NCBI GenBank assembly: GCA_965212015.1
Contig: OZ243037.1
Span: 896,001 to 960,000 of the forward strand
DNA length: 64,000 nucleotides
Origin: Cenarchaeum sp.
GTDB lineage: Archaea; Thermoproteota; Nitrososphaeria; Nitrososphaerales; Nitrosopumilaceae
Direction of reading: 5' to 3'
Under the pieces are notes generated by a model, which did not search any database, was not told the DNA's origin, and saw only the letters and a list, made by a program, of their open reading frames with translations. This document shows, piece after piece, positions 30,975 to 41,422 of this stretch (the first letter of the stretch is position 1; every line of letters starts with the position of its first letter). Position numbers and translations under genes: made by a program.

Positions 30975-32588
30975 ATGGCGTCAATACAGCAAACCCCGCA
31001 GGGCCCCGTTTTGGTCCTAAAGGAGAGCGCCCTGCAGCAAAAGGGCAGGGATGCGCAGCAAAACAACATTGCGGCAGCAAAGCTAGTCTCCGATCTGGTC
31101 CGCTCCAGCTTGGGCCCGAGGGGCCTGGACAAGATGCTGGTAGACTCGCTAGGCGACGTTACGATTACAAACGACGGTGCGACGATTCTCAAAGAGATAG
31201 ACGTGCAGCATCCGGCGGCAAAAATGATGGTAGAGATTTCAAAGGCGATGGACAACGAGGTGGGCGACGGCACCACCTCGTCAGTGGTGTTCGGCGGCGC
31301 CCTGCTGGCAAAGGCCGAGGATTTGCTCAAAAAGGACGTGCACTCTTCTGTCATTGTGGACGGCTATCAGGCAGCAGCCGAAAAATCACTGGACATTCTG
31401 TCCGGGCTGGCAAAAAAGATACAGCCTGACGACAAAGAGTACCTGATAAAGATAGCAAAGACCAGCATGCAGTCAAAGCTAATCTCGGAGGACAGCGGCC
31501 CGCTCTCAAAGATCATAGTGGATGCCGTAATGAGTATTAGCGCAAAAAGGGACCAGGCCTACTCTGTCGACCTGGACAACATAAAGGTGGAAAAAAAATC
31601 CGGCGGCTCCATCCAGGACACGCAGCTAATCCAGGGAATAGTGCTGGACAAGGAAATAGTGCACAGCGAGATGCCAACAAAAATCCAGGGCGCAAAGATT
31701 GCCCTGCTTAATACCGCCCTAGAGGTCGAAAAGACCGAAATGAGCGCGGAAATTAGAATAAACGATCCCACACAGATGCAAATGTTCCTGGAGGAGGAAA
31801 ACAGGATGCTAAAGTCAATGGTCGAAAAGATACACGACTCTGGCGCCAACGTGCTGCTGTGCCAAAAGGGCATTGACGACATTGCGCAGTACTATCTTGG
31901 CAAAAAGGGCATACTTGCAGTCAGGCGCATAAAGGAGAGCGACATGGTAAAGCTAGGCAAGGCCACCGGGGGCAGGGTCACTGCAAACGTGGACGACCTT
32001 ACGCCGGCCGATCTGGGAAACGCGAATCTGGTCGGGCAGAAAAAGGTAGAGTCAGACAAGTGGGTGTTCGTAGAGGGATGCAAAAACCCCCAGTCAGTCA
32101 CGCTTTTGATAAGGGGAGGCTCGCAGAGAATAGTCGACGAGGTCGACCGCTCCATTCACGACGCACTCATGGTGGTAAAGGACGTAATTGAAAAGCCCGC
32201 TATAGTCGCAGGCGGGGGCGCGCCAGAGTCATTCATCGCCGCGCAGCTCAAAGAGTGGGCCGACAGCTTTGACGGAAGGGAGCAGCTTGCAATCAAAAAG
32301 TACGCCGAAGCCCTAGAGACCATACCGCTTACGATATCAGAGAATGCCGGAATGGATCCCATAGACACGATGGCAAGCCTGCGCGCAAAGCAGAACCAGG
32401 GCAAAAAGTGGACCGGCATTGACGCAAGAAACGCAGGCATTGCAGACATGCTAGAGCTTGACATCGTAGAGCCCGCAGTGGTAAAGGAGCAGATTATAAA
32501 ATCGGCCACAGAGACTGCGTGCATGATACTGAGAATCGACGACGTCATTGCGGTATCTGGCGGTCCGGCAGCCGGCCCGCCGATGTGA
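30975..32588 (+). CDS. ths: Thermosome (group II chaperonin) subunit
   Basis: SLGPRGLDKM, TNDGATIL, GDGTT, ILRIDD. Confidence 0.97.
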   Translation: MASIQQTPQGPVLVLKESALQQKGRDAQQNNIAAAKLVSDLVRSSLGPRGLDKMLVDSLGDVTITNDGATILKEIDVQHPAAKMMVEISKAMDNEVGDGTTSSVVFGGALLAKAEDLLKKDVHSSVIVDGYQAAAEKSLDILSGLAKKIQPDDKEYLIKIAKTSMQSKLISEDSGPLSKIIVDAVMSISAKRDQAYSVDLDNIKVEKKSGGSIQDTQLIQGIVLDKEIVHSEMPTKIQGAKIALLNTALEVEKTEMSAEIRINDPTQMQMFLEEENRMLKSMVEKIHDSGANVLLCQKGIDDIAQYYLGKKGILAVRRIKESDMVKLGKATGGRVTANVDDLTPADLGNANLVGQKKVESDKWVFVEGCKNPQSVTLLIRGGSQRIVDEVDRSIHDALMVVKDVIEKPAIVAGGGAPESFIAAQLKEWADSFDGREQLAIKKYAEALETIPLTISENAGMDPIDTMASLRAKQNQGKKWTGIDARNAGIADMLELDIVEPAVVKEQIIKSATETACMILRIDDVIAVSGGPAAGPPM

Positions 32589-32607
32589 CGGGACTATCAG
32601 ATTTACA

Positions 32608-33462
32608 GTGAACCGCGTCGGAATCGACCTGGGCGGGACAAAGATCGAGGGCGTTGCGACTGACGAATGTTTCAACATAATTGACAGAATGAGGGTTGCA
32701 ACCCCTGGCGACTATACCGGGATACTGCACGCCATACGCGACATGATAGCAGAGCTGCACAAGAGTGATGCGGTAATAGGCGTCTGCGCGCCGGGCACTG
32801 CGCCGGCAGACACTGGCCTCATCCGGAACAGCAATACGCAGTGCCTGATGGGGCGGCCGCTCAGGGCGGATCTCGAGCTGCTGGCGGGGCAAAAAATAGC
32901 AATGGAGAACGACGCCAACTGCTTTGCGCTAGCAGAGGCGGTAATGGGCGCCGCAAAGGACTATCGGACCGTCTTTGGCGTTATACTGGGGACCGGCGTG
33001 GGCGGCGGGATTATAATTGATGGCAAAATCCACCACGGAAGGGCCGGCATTGCCGGCGAGTGGGGCCACCACACGCTGCACCATAATGGCATTGCGTGCT
33101 ATTGCGGCCGCTCCGGGTGCGTCGAGCAGTACATCTCTGGGCCCGCGTTGGAGAAAAGATGGCGCGAGCTAGTCGGCGGGGGGCGCAAGCTGCGCGACAT
33201 TGCCGGCAGCATGCACGAGAAAAACGCGCAGAAATGGAAGGACGAGTTTCTTGACTGCTTTAGCTCCGGCCTTGCAAATGTAATTGACATACTTGATCCG
33301 GACGCAATAGTGCTCGGCGGCGGCGTCTCAAACGTGGAATTTCTGTACGACGAGGGCAGGGATCTCACGCTGCAAAAGGTGTTCGGCGGCATGGCAGACA
33401 CGCCCATACTCAAAAACGCCATGGGCGACTCGGCCGGCGTCATTGGCGCGTGCATGATATGA
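32608..33462 (+). CDS. ROK family sugar kinase
   Basis: GIDLGGTK, ENDAN, GTGVGGG, GEWGH, CYCG..GC. Confidence 0.92.
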   Translation: MNRVGIDLGGTKIEGVATDECFNIIDRMRVATPGDYTGILHAIRDMIAELHKSDAVIGVCAPGTAPADTGLIRNSNTQCLMGRPLRADLELLAGQKIAMENDANCFALAEAVMGAAKDYRTVFGVILGTGVGGGIIIDGKIHHGRAGIAGEWGHHTLHHNGIACYCGRSGCVEQYISGPALEKRWRELVGGGRKLRDIAGSMHEKNAQKWKDEFLDCFSSGLANVIDILDPDAIVLGGGVSNVEFLYDEGRDLTLQKVFGGMADTPILKNAMGDSAGVIGACMI

Positions 33463-33466
33463 GTGG

Positions 33467-34990
33467 CTATTGCGGCTCTATCGTGGCAGGCGGCTTGCTG
33501 GATACTGCGTACGTGACCCACGTGACGTCTTCTAGCTCGTTTGTAATCCGGTTGCTTATGGCCTCGAGCAGCTCGTGCGGCAGCCGCGTCCAGTCCGCAG
33601 TCATTGCATCAACGGAATCGACCACCCTCACAGTTACAATGTTTCCGTGCCTTCTATAGTCGCCGACTACCCCCACTGCCATGTCATCGCCTACTGCCGC
33701 ATACGCCTGCCACACCATATCGTACAGTCCGGCCCGCTCCAGCTCTTCCTCGACAATCCTGCTTGCAATCCGGGATATTTCCAGCTTTTTGGGCGTCACC
33801 TCGCCGATTATCCGCACAGAGAGGCCGGGGCCGGGAAACGGGTGGCGGGTGACAAGCTTGTGCGGTACGCCCAGTATTGCGGCGACGCGCCGCACCTCGT
33901 CTTTGTACAAGTCGCGCAGCGGCTCTAGTATCTCGAGCTTTAGCCAGTCCGGAAGCCCTCCTACATTGTGGTGCGACTTTATGACAGACGCCGGTCCCGC
34001 AGATGCGCCGCTCTCTATTACATCCGGATACAGCGTGCCCTGCGCCAGCCAGCGGAACGGGCCGCGTTTTTTTGCAAACTCTGAGAATACCGCAACGAAC
34101 TCTTCGCCGACAATCTTTCTTTTCTGCTCGGGGTCTGCCACGCCGCGCAGCCTCTCCAGGAACCGCCCGGATGCGTCGATTGCAGTAAAGTCCATCCCAA
34201 AGTTGTCCCGGAACATTGACTCTATCTCTGCGGGCTCGCCGAGCCGCATCAGGCCATTGTCCACAAAGACGCACTTTAACCGGTCCCCGACGGCCCTGTG
34301 GATTAGCAGGGCGGCCACCGTAGAGTCTATCCCGCCGCTCACGCCGCACAATACGCCGCCTTTTATCTGCGATATTTTGGCCACTGCGCCGTCCACAAAG
34401 GCCTCCATGGTCCACTGCTGTTTTGCCCCGCAGATCCGGACTGCAAAGTTTTTGAGCATGTCCGGTCCGCGCGGCGTGTGCGCCACCTCGGGGTGAAACT
34501 GGATTCCAAACACGGACCCGTCCCCGTTTGCGATTGCGGCGGATTTTGCGCCCTGCGTGTGCCCGATCACCGCAAAGCCGTCGGGAATCCGCTCTGCCTC
34601 GTCGCCGTGGCTCATCCACGCCCGAGTAGAGCCGCCTATTCCGCCCAGCAGGCCGCCGCCGTCATCAACTGTCAGCACAGACGAGCCGTACTCTTTGTTT
34701 GCCCGCTTTACCTTTCCGCCAAAATGCTCGACTATCAGCTGGTGGCCGTAGCATATCCCGAGCACGGGCACCCCCAGATCAAAGACTGACCCGTCCGGAT
34801 GCGGCGCGCCCGGATCATAGACGCTTGACGGCCCTCCTGACAGTATTATCCCCGCCGGATTGCGCGCGCGCAGCTCTGCTGCCGGCGCATCATACGGGAC
34901 AAGCTCTGCGCGCACAGAAAAGTCCCGGATTCTCCTGCAGATAAGGTGGCTGTACTGCGAGCCAAAGTCCAGCACCAGTATAGGATTCAT
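33467..34990 (-). CDS. guaA: GMP synthase
   Basis: LDFGSQY, GICYGHQ, QFHPEV, SGGIDS, KSHHNVGG, KPPATIE. Confidence 0.97.
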   Translation of the reverse strand: MNPILVLDFGSQYSHLICRRIRDFSVRAELVPYDAPAAELRARNPAGIILSGGPSSVYDPGAPHPDGSVFDLGVPVLGICYGHQLIVEHFGGKVKRANKEYGSSVLTVDDGGGLLGGIGGSTRAWMSHGDEAERIPDGFAVIGHTQGAKSAAIANGDGSVFGIQFHPEVAHTPRGPDMLKNFAVRICGAKQQWTMEAFVDGAVAKISQIKGGVLCGVSGGIDSTVAALLIHRAVGDRLKCVFVDNGLMRLGEPAEIESMFRDNFGMDFTAIDASGRFLERLRGVADPEQKRKIVGEEFVAVFSEFAKKRGPFRWLAQGTLYPDVIESGASAGPASVIKSHHNVGGLPDWLKLEILEPLRDLYKDEVRRVAAILGVPHKLVTRHPFPGPGLSVRIIGEVTPKKLEISRIASRIVEEELERAGLYDMVWQAYAAVGDDMAVGVVGDYRRHGNIVTVRVVDSVDAMTADWTRLPHELLEAISNRITNELEDVTWVTYAVSSKPPATIEPQ

Positions 34991-34994
34991 GCAA

Positions 34995-35522
34995 TCACTT
35001 TGTCTTTTCAAGCATCCTTGTCAGCGACCACCCGGCGGTGTTTATGATCTCCTTTACCCTCTCCTGCTGGCGGTAGTTTTTAATCAGTATCTCGCGTATG
35101 TGCGGGCCGTTTTTGTTAATCGTAAATCCAATGACGGACTCTTTTTGGATGGTGCCGTCCCTTACCTGCGCCTCGTCCTTTCTTTTCATCTCGCCGATTA
35201 TCCTGTCAATAAAGAACGACCGGAACGGCGGCGTCTCGGGATCCACGCCGACCCCGTCGCCTATCACTATCGATACCTGCCCCGGCGTGACGTACGCGTT
35301 GGCAATAACACCGCCCCCCGTGCCGTTTGTTATCGGAATGGAATCAGGTGCGGCATCCGGGCGGAGCGCCGATGCCTTTGTAAAGCTGGTCTTGCCTAGC
35401 ACCGAGTCGAGTACCTCCAGGTTCCTTCTGAGAAACTCTGCCTCCTCCTCGTGCCTTTCAAGCTTTTGCGTTATGCGATCCTTGAGCTCGAGTATCTCGT
35501 TGATCTTTTCGTCAGGCTCCAT
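34995..35522 (-). CDS. Hypothetical protein upstream of guaA
   Basis: Coiled-coil N-terminus, core codon usage, 4 bp from the guaA start. Confidence 0.75.
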   Translation of the reverse strand: MEPDEKINEILELKDRITQKLERHEEEAEFLRRNLEVLDSVLGKTSFTKASALRPDAAPDSIPITNGTGGGVIANAYVTPGQVSIVIGDGVGVDPETPPFRSFFIDRIIGEMKRKDEAQVRDGTIQKESVIGFTINKNGPHIREILIKNYRQQERVKEIINTAGWSLTRMLEKTK

Positions 35523-36096
35523 GGCATGGCTCATGGCACATGGGTATTAAAACGCACTCTGGGCAGCCAGAATTCCGGCAGTTATTCCGATGAATGTCGG
35601 CAGCGGGTATGCCCAGGACCTGCCTCTCTGGCTTTTGTCCATAGGCAGATACCATATGGCAGGACGGATCTGGGCAGGCAGCAATGCGGAAAGTTGTGAT
35701 CAGGATCACGTGGCGCAGAGACGTAGATGCCACGGTATGAGCCGGTCATATTGTGATCGGCCATATCGGATATTTGCAACATGTCGATCTTTTTGTCCCG
35801 AAATTTTAAATGTCACGATGGGAAAAGTAAAACATGGCATTCCATGATTTTACTTTCAAAACTGTGGATTGTTATTCTAGGCATATATTGAGTAATAAAA
35901 GGCCAAAATTCAGGGTTAAAATTAAAGGCAAAATTCAAGTTTCTCTGCAATTCCCATCAGGCGTGCCCTGAAGTAAAACGGGTTTTAAAAGATCTTGGTT
36001 TTACGGATTTCAAGGATTTGGATAATTCCCCATCATTTGATATTCTTGCAAAATTTGAACTAGACGAAGGAGTAGAAAAAATCGCCAAAAGAATCC

Positions 36097-36393
36097 TTGA
36101 GCAGTGCAGGGAAAAAGTCCAGACGATTCAGATCACTACATAGATCTGCAAGAAAGATATTCCCAGGCATGCCAAACATTCGTTTACGGCTACATCTCAA
36201 AGAGCAACTCGACAAATCCATGTGTAAGGAATTCCAAAAAATGCTCAAGCTGGAGAAAGATCTAACCGATACAAGGGTAGAAATTGCAAACAAGTATCAC
36301 AGATACAGGTGGGAAATCAGAGTAAAAAAAACCAAGCGCGCACTGGCAACATACCAAGGGAACAATCCCGACACGGGTATTTTCCCAGAGTAG
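36097..36393 (+). CDS. Hypothetical basic protein or gene remnant
   Basis: ORF in a lower-GC insert between core genes; upstream fragments in other frames. Confidence 0.35.
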   Translation: MSSAGKKSRRFRSLHRSARKIFPGMPNIRLRLHLKEQLDKSMCKEFQKMLKLEKDLTDTRVEIANKYHRYRWEIRVKKTKRALATYQGNNPDTGIFPE

Positions 36394-36415
36394 ATACATC
36401 CCCGACTAGATTCAT

Positions 36416-37150
36416 CTAGACAACTATTCCGCCGACGTCCCGGCGGGAGATTTTTTCAAACCCCGCAATCGGCGAGGACATTGTGTACAGCTCGCAGCGC
36501 GACTTTGTGGCCAGCCATTCCAAAAGCGCCCTGGCCCTGCGCAGCTTTGCGCGCTTTGTCGCCCTGTCTGACGGCGCAGTGTCAGAGGGCCCGCCGATGC
36601 GGCCCTGCAGATCCATTCCCACCAGGATTATCTTTTTTGCGCCTAAGGCATCGGCCATAAAGACGCACCTGTCCCCGTCGGTAAAGCCGCCAAAGTTGCG
36701 CAGGCGCCCCGTCTCTTTTGCCTGCGTGGTGCCCAGGCAGTTTTTGAATTTTTTCGCCATGTGCAGCCTTTTCATATTGTCGCCGTGCGCGTGGACCAGC
36801 ATTATCGAGCCTGTCCTTGCGGTTTTTTCAAGGGATTCGGCGTGGCCGTCAAGATCGGTCACCACAATGTCCGGCCGGATTCTGCCCTCAAGCAGGACCC
36901 GGACTGAGCTGTCGGCTGCAATCCTCGCCACGCGCGGATGCTCCCTGAGCACCGGCAGCAACGACAAAAGCGAGTGGCCAGAACCAATGACAAATACCGT
37001 TCTGCCGCGCAGCATTGCGCCTATTGCGCCAACAGGGACGGGCCTGCTTATCATACAGTCAAGCATGGCCGCCGCCTCGGCATCCCGCCTCCTGCTAAGG
37101 CCGAACTCGCGCGCAATGCCGGAATATCGCGCGGCCCACCCCCTGATCAT
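36416..37150 (-). CDS. mptE: 6-hydroxymethyl-7,8-dihydropterin pyrophosphokinase (MptE/DUF115)
   Basis: IAAD, VVTDLDG, VHAHGDN, NFGGFTDGDR. Confidence 0.88.
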   Translation of the reverse strand: MIRGWAARYSGIAREFGLSRRRDAEAAAMLDCMISRPVPVGAIGAMLRGRTVFVIGSGHSLLSLLPVLREHPRVARIAADSSVRVLLEGRIRPDIVVTDLDGHAESLEKTARTGSIMLVHAHGDNMKRLHMAKKFKNCLGTTQAKETGRLRNFGGFTDGDRCVFMADALGAKKIILVGMDLQGRIGGPSDTAPSDRATKRAKLRRARALLEWLATKSRCELYTMSSPIAGFEKISRRDVGGIVV

Positions 37151-37184
37151 ACAACTCAAATTTGCGCGCCGTGCCATAAACCAT

Positions 37185-38033
37185 GTGAAGCTAGGATCAG
37201 TCCGCGTCGGGGGCGCCAACCCCACCAGGATCATGGGCATCCTCAACGTGAGTCCAGAGTCGTTTTACAAAAAATCCATAGAGACTACGGACGGCGGGAT
37301 TGCGCGCGCAGTCGGCAGGATGGAGCGGCACGGTGCGGACATAATCGACGTCGGCGCAATGTCCAGCGCGCCATACCGGAGGACGCTGATTCCGGAGCGC
37401 GAGGAGTCAAGGCGGCTTGCCTGTGCAATCAGAGTCATCCAGAGAACGTCAAACATTCCCATATCAGTCGACACGTGCAGGGCCGGCGTGGCACAAAAAG
37501 CACTTGAGCTTGGGGCGGACATTGTCAACGACGTGACCGGCCTGACCTACGACAAAAAAATGCCCGGCGTGCTGCGGCGCTACGGGCCGTCCGTGGTGCT
37601 GTGCGCGCACGGCCGCGCGGCAACGGGTGGAGTCCGGGAGACAAAAAGGCTGCTGGAAAAAGGCATAGCGCGCGCAAGAGACGCCGGGGTGCCGCCGGGG
37701 CGCATCACAGTCGATCCGGCAATCGGGTTTTTCAGAAGGTCCGGTGCGGGCAGGCTGCACTCCAGGATAGGATCGGACTGGGCCCGCCGCGATCTCGGTA
37801 TTCTCAGGTGCCTGCGGGATCTGGGGGCGGATCATCCCGTGATGGTCTCTGTGTCCAGAAAGTCGTTTCTTGGCGCAATACTGGGCCAGAGGGATCCCGC
37901 CGGCAGGATCTCCGGCTCGCTTGCATGCGAGATGCTCTCAGTCATCAACGGGGCAGACGTGATACGGACCCACGACGTCCAAGAGTCCGGACGCATAGCC
38001 GCCCTCGCGAACAGGACAAACAAAAGCTTATAA
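37185..38033 (+). CDS. folP: Dihydropteroate synthase
   Basis: IMGILNVSPESF, SVDT, NDVTG, DPAIGF, SRKSF, IRTHDV. Confidence 0.93.
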   Translation: MKLGSVRVGGANPTRIMGILNVSPESFYKKSIETTDGGIARAVGRMERHGADIIDVGAMSSAPYRRTLIPEREESRRLACAIRVIQRTSNIPISVDTCRAGVAQKALELGADIVNDVTGLTYDKKMPGVLRRYGPSVVLCAHGRAATGGVRETKRLLEKGIARARDAGVPPGRITVDPAIGFFRRSGAGRLHSRIGSDWARRDLGILRCLRDLGADHPVMVSVSRKSFLGAILGQRDPAGRISGSLACEMLSVINGADVIRTHDVQESGRIAALANRTNKSL

Positions 38034-38062
38034 CGGATTTGCCGTTTTCGGTATAGGGTTTC

Positions 38063-39490
38063 ATGGAATTCAGGGAGGGTCTGACTTTTGACGACGTTCT
38101 CCTCGTCCCCAAGTATTCTGACATTACCAGCAGGGCGCAGACCGACCTGAGCACGAGACTCTCTAGAAACATTTCACTCAAAATCCCGCTTGTCAGCGCA
38201 AACATGGACACTGTAACAGAGTCCTCCATGGCAGTGACCATGGCAAGGGAGGGCGGCATTGGAATCATACACCGGTTCCTGACGGTAAAGGAGCAGGTGG
38301 CAGAGGTCCTCAGGGTAAAGCGCTCCGGCAGCGTGGTGATTGAAAACCCGTACGTCATCGGCCCGGGGCAGACAGTCGGCGAGGCAGTAGGGTATGCCAC
38401 AGACAAGAACGTCTCGGGGCTGCTGGTGACTGATGCCGACTCAAAGCTGGTAGGCATCATTACTGACCGCGACCTGATATTCGAGTCCGGCTCGAGCCTG
38501 ATAGGGGACGTAATGACAAAGGATATTGTCACGGCAAGGCCGGGAATCGATCCCGACGAGGCAAAGAGGATACTGCACGAGCACCGCATAGAAAAGCTCC
38601 CGCTTACAGACGAGTCGGGGCGCATCAGGGGATTAATTACAAGCAAGGACATAACAAACAGGGAAAACTATCCGAATGCCACCAAGGACAAAAAGGGCAG
38701 GCCGCTAGTCGGCGCCGCAGTCGGGGTAAAGGGGGACTTTATGGAGAGGACCGAGTCCCTGCTTGACGCAGACGCCGACGTCATTATAGTCGATATCGCC
38801 CACGGGCACAGCGAGAATGCGATTTCCACCGTACGCAACATCAAAAAGGCGTTTCCAAGCTGCGAGCTGATAGCGGGAAACGTCGCAACGTCAGACGGGG
38901 CGGCAGACCTGATAAGGGCCGGAGTCGACGCAGTCAAAGTCGGCGTGGGCTCGGGCTCCATATGCATCACGCGGGTGGTGACCGGCTCTGGCGTGCCGCA
39001 GCTGACTGCCGTAATAGAGTGCGCAAAGACGGGGGAGGACAGCGGAGTTCCGGTGATATCCGACGGCGGAACCAGGACGTCTGGTGACGCCACCAAGGCA
39101 CTGGCCGCAGGCGCATCATCGGTGATGGTCGGAAGCATAATGGGCGGAACCGACGAGTCGCCCGGCTCGGTGCTGACCAAAAACGGCAAGCGCTTCAAGG
39201 TCTACCGCGGAATGGCCTCGCTGGGCGCATCGCTTGGAAGAAAGTCAAGGGAGCCAGGCGGCATGCCGGCAGACGACCTGAACGACTATGTCGCAGAGGG
39301 CGTCGAGGCCATGGTCCCCTACAAGGGCAGCGTCACGGACATTCTAAAGCAGCTCACCGGCGGCATCCGATCCGGGCTTAGCTACTGCGGGGCGCACACC
39401 ATACCGCAGATGCAAAAAAACGCAGAGTTCATAAAAATGTCCGGGGCGGGCTTTGCAGAAAGCCAGTCGCACGACGTCTCCCTGATGTAG
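38063..39490 (+). CDS. guaB: IMP dehydrogenase
   Basis: LTFDDVLL, CBS pair, KVGVGSGSICITR, YRGMAS. Confidence 0.97.
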   Translation: MEFREGLTFDDVLLVPKYSDITSRAQTDLSTRLSRNISLKIPLVSANMDTVTESSMAVTMAREGGIGIIHRFLTVKEQVAEVLRVKRSGSVVIENPYVIGPGQTVGEAVGYATDKNVSGLLVTDADSKLVGIITDRDLIFESGSSLIGDVMTKDIVTARPGIDPDEAKRILHEHRIEKLPLTDESGRIRGLITSKDITNRENYPNATKDKKGRPLVGAAVGVKGDFMERTESLLDADADVIIVDIAHGHSENAISTVRNIKKAFPSCELIAGNVATSDGAADLIRAGVDAVKVGVGSGSICITRVVTGSGVPQLTAVIECAKTGEDSGVPVISDGGTRTSGDATKALAAGASSVMVGSIMGGTDESPGSVLTKNGKRFKVYRGMASLGASLGRKSREPGGMPADDLNDYVAEGVEAMVPYKGSVTDILKQLTGGIRSGLSYCGAHTIPQMQKNAEFIKMSGAGFAESQSHDVSLM

Positions 39491-39526
39491 TTAATTTTTT
39501 ATGCGTGGGCGCAGGACGGACTTGTA

Positions 39527-39994
39527 ATGTTTACAAAGCGCACCGTCATCGGAACCGCCATAGGCTGCACGATAATCGCCATCGGAGTGGCGGCGTTTGT
39601 CGGGGACCTCGGGCTGCAGACTGTACTGGTGGATGACACGCACGCCACAGGCGAGCAGGCCTCGTACAGGTTTGGCGCAGCGGCCAACTCGACTCAGAGC
39701 CTGAAAATCACAGGCGAGCTATTCGATGTAGAGATTGCAACGCCAGACGGCGGCCTGCAGGTGCCCCTGACCGAATACAAGGACGAGGCAGTCTTTGAGT
39801 GGACGCATGCAGCAGACGGCGTGAGCAGCATCCGCATACGCAACACCGGCTCGACTGACCTGGCAGTCACGGGGGAGCTTGGCATCAGCACGGATCCAAT
39901 CTATTTTACCTATCACGTGCTAGTCATGATATCAGGAATAGTCATCGTGGGCTTTAGCGCCGGCTTTAGCATAAGAAAGCCGCGCGGGTTCTAG
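39527..39994 (+). CDS. Hypothetical membrane protein (N- and C-terminal TM)
   Basis: Hydrophobic termini, ends RKPRGF. Confidence 0.75.
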   Translation: MFTKRTVIGTAIGCTIIAIGVAAFVGDLGLQTVLVDDTHATGEQASYRFGAAANSTQSLKITGELFDVEIATPDGGLQVPLTEYKDEAVFEWTHAADGVSSIRIRNTGSTDLAVTGELGISTDPIYFTYHVLVMISGIVIVGFSAGFSIRKPRGF

Positions 39995-40803
39995 GCAGGA
40001 TCCGACATTGGGTATGATCCGAGCACCCGGAAAAAAAGCGAGTCCTTTTTTATCGCATCAAGCATCTGCGAGATTTTCTGCTCCCCGCAGCCGCCCTCAA
40101 AGTCCACGTAAAAGTTGTACTCCCATGCGGTATCCCTTTTTGGCCGCGACTCTATCTTTGTGAGATTCACGCCGCTCTTGTGAAAGCACTCGACTATCCG
40201 GTACAGCGCGCTTGGCCGGTGCCTCACCGAGAACACTATCGAGGTCTTGTCCCTTTCTGTCGGCTGCGCCGTATTTTTGGACAGTACTAAAAACCGCGTA
40301 TAGTTGCTGGCGCTGTCCGCAATGCCGGTGCGTATCACCGGAACCCCGTGTATCTCTGCTGCGTTTTTGCTTGCAATGCACGCAGCATCTGCCCTGCCGA
40401 GCTTTTTTATCATTGCAACGCTGCCTGCCGTGTCGTACGTGGGAACGGTCCTCATGGAGTTTTGTGCGATGAACTTTCTGCACTGTCCGAGCGCCTGCGG
40501 GTGCGAGTATACCGTGGTTATCCCGCCTAGCTCGCCGGTGCCTATCAGGCAGTGCTCGATTCTGTGGTATGTCTCGGCAGTCACGTGCAGCGGCGTCATG
40601 TAGAGCAAATCGCTGCTCTCGCCCACGCCGCCTTCCAGCGAGTTTTCCACCGGAAGGATGGCACAGTCGGACCTTGCCTCTATGGCACACTCGAGGGCGT
40701 CATGAAACGTGGGACACGGAACGGTCTGCGCCCCTGCAAAAAGCGATACTGCCGCCTCCTCGCTGTATGCGCCCCGCTCGCCCTGAAACGATACGCGCGT
40801 CAT
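39991..40803 (-). CDS. pheA: Prephenate dehydratase
   Basis: FQGERGAYS, PVENSLEG, SHPQALGQC, NYTRF, TKIESRP. Confidence 0.95.
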   Translation of the reverse strand: MTRVSFQGERGAYSEEAAVSLFAGAQTVPCPTFHDALECAIEARSDCAILPVENSLEGGVGESSDLLYMTPLHVTAETYHRIEHCLIGTGELGGITTVYSHPQALGQCRKFIAQNSMRTVPTYDTAGSVAMIKKLGRADAACIASKNAAEIHGVPVIRTGIADSASNYTRFLVLSKNTAQPTERDKTSIVFSVRHRPSALYRIVECFHKSGVNLTKIESRPKRDTAWEYNFYVDFEGGCGEQKISQMLDAIKKDSLFFRVLGSYPMSDPA

Positions 40804-41345
40804 GTGCACAATGCTTCTAGGTTGCCAAAGCCAGAGGACATTTTCCTGTCGTCCTTCCAGCCGCATTCCGTGCATTTCACCCCGTCGCGAATCGGAATCA
40901 CCTTCATTCCGCACTTTCTGCACTTTGTGTGCAGCACCCCGAGCTCCGGCTCGCCTATCGAGGCGTGAATCGTCCCGTTGAGCCGGCTGATTATCTTTAG
41001 CGCAACTAAATCATTGACTAGCGCCACCGTCTTTTTGCGCATGTTTCTAGTGGAGCATATGCACTCCACGCCGGAGCTCACCGCGTTGCCGTTTATCCTC
41101 TTTATGGCCACGGCAATCATCGAGGACATTACTGCGGCCACGGTGCCGATTACGACGTCGTCGGCCTTTGGGACAGACGAGTTCTTTGGGTTGCTAATGC
41201 TTGCAATCCTGAGCTTTTTGTCAATCTCGGCTGTTCCCACCGCGGCTGCGCGGACCTTGTCGCCGTCATCAAACGTGTTGGGGCCGGACTCGTACTCCTC
41301 AATAGAGGCAATCTCGTCGCCGGGCATGCAAAGCGGGCCAGTCAT
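40800..41345 (-). CDS. csl4: Exosome RNA-binding subunit Csl4
   Basis: PGDEIASIEEY, S1 domain, ELGV, C-terminal CRKC..CTEC..RK. Confidence 0.9.
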   Translation of the reverse strand: MTGPLCMPGDEIASIEEYESGPNTFDDGDKVRAAAVGTAEIDKKLRIASISNPKNSSVPKADDVVIGTVAAVMSSMIAVAIKRINGNAVSSGVECICSTRNMRKKTVALVNDLVALKIISRLNGTIHASIGEPELGVLHTKCRKCGMKVIPIRDGVKCTECGWKDDRKMSSGFGNLEALCT

Positions 41346-41422
41346 GGGGTTGGTTCTGGCGCTTGAATTATAATTGTTTGCGGTTTGGCAACCGGTATGA
41401 GACGTGCGGCAGGCGACGGGCC

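Noticed and set aside
36483-37184. Long N-terminal extension of FolP (516-aa ORF)
   Set aside because: It is the antisense shadow of mptE; FolP similarity starts at GTG 37185.
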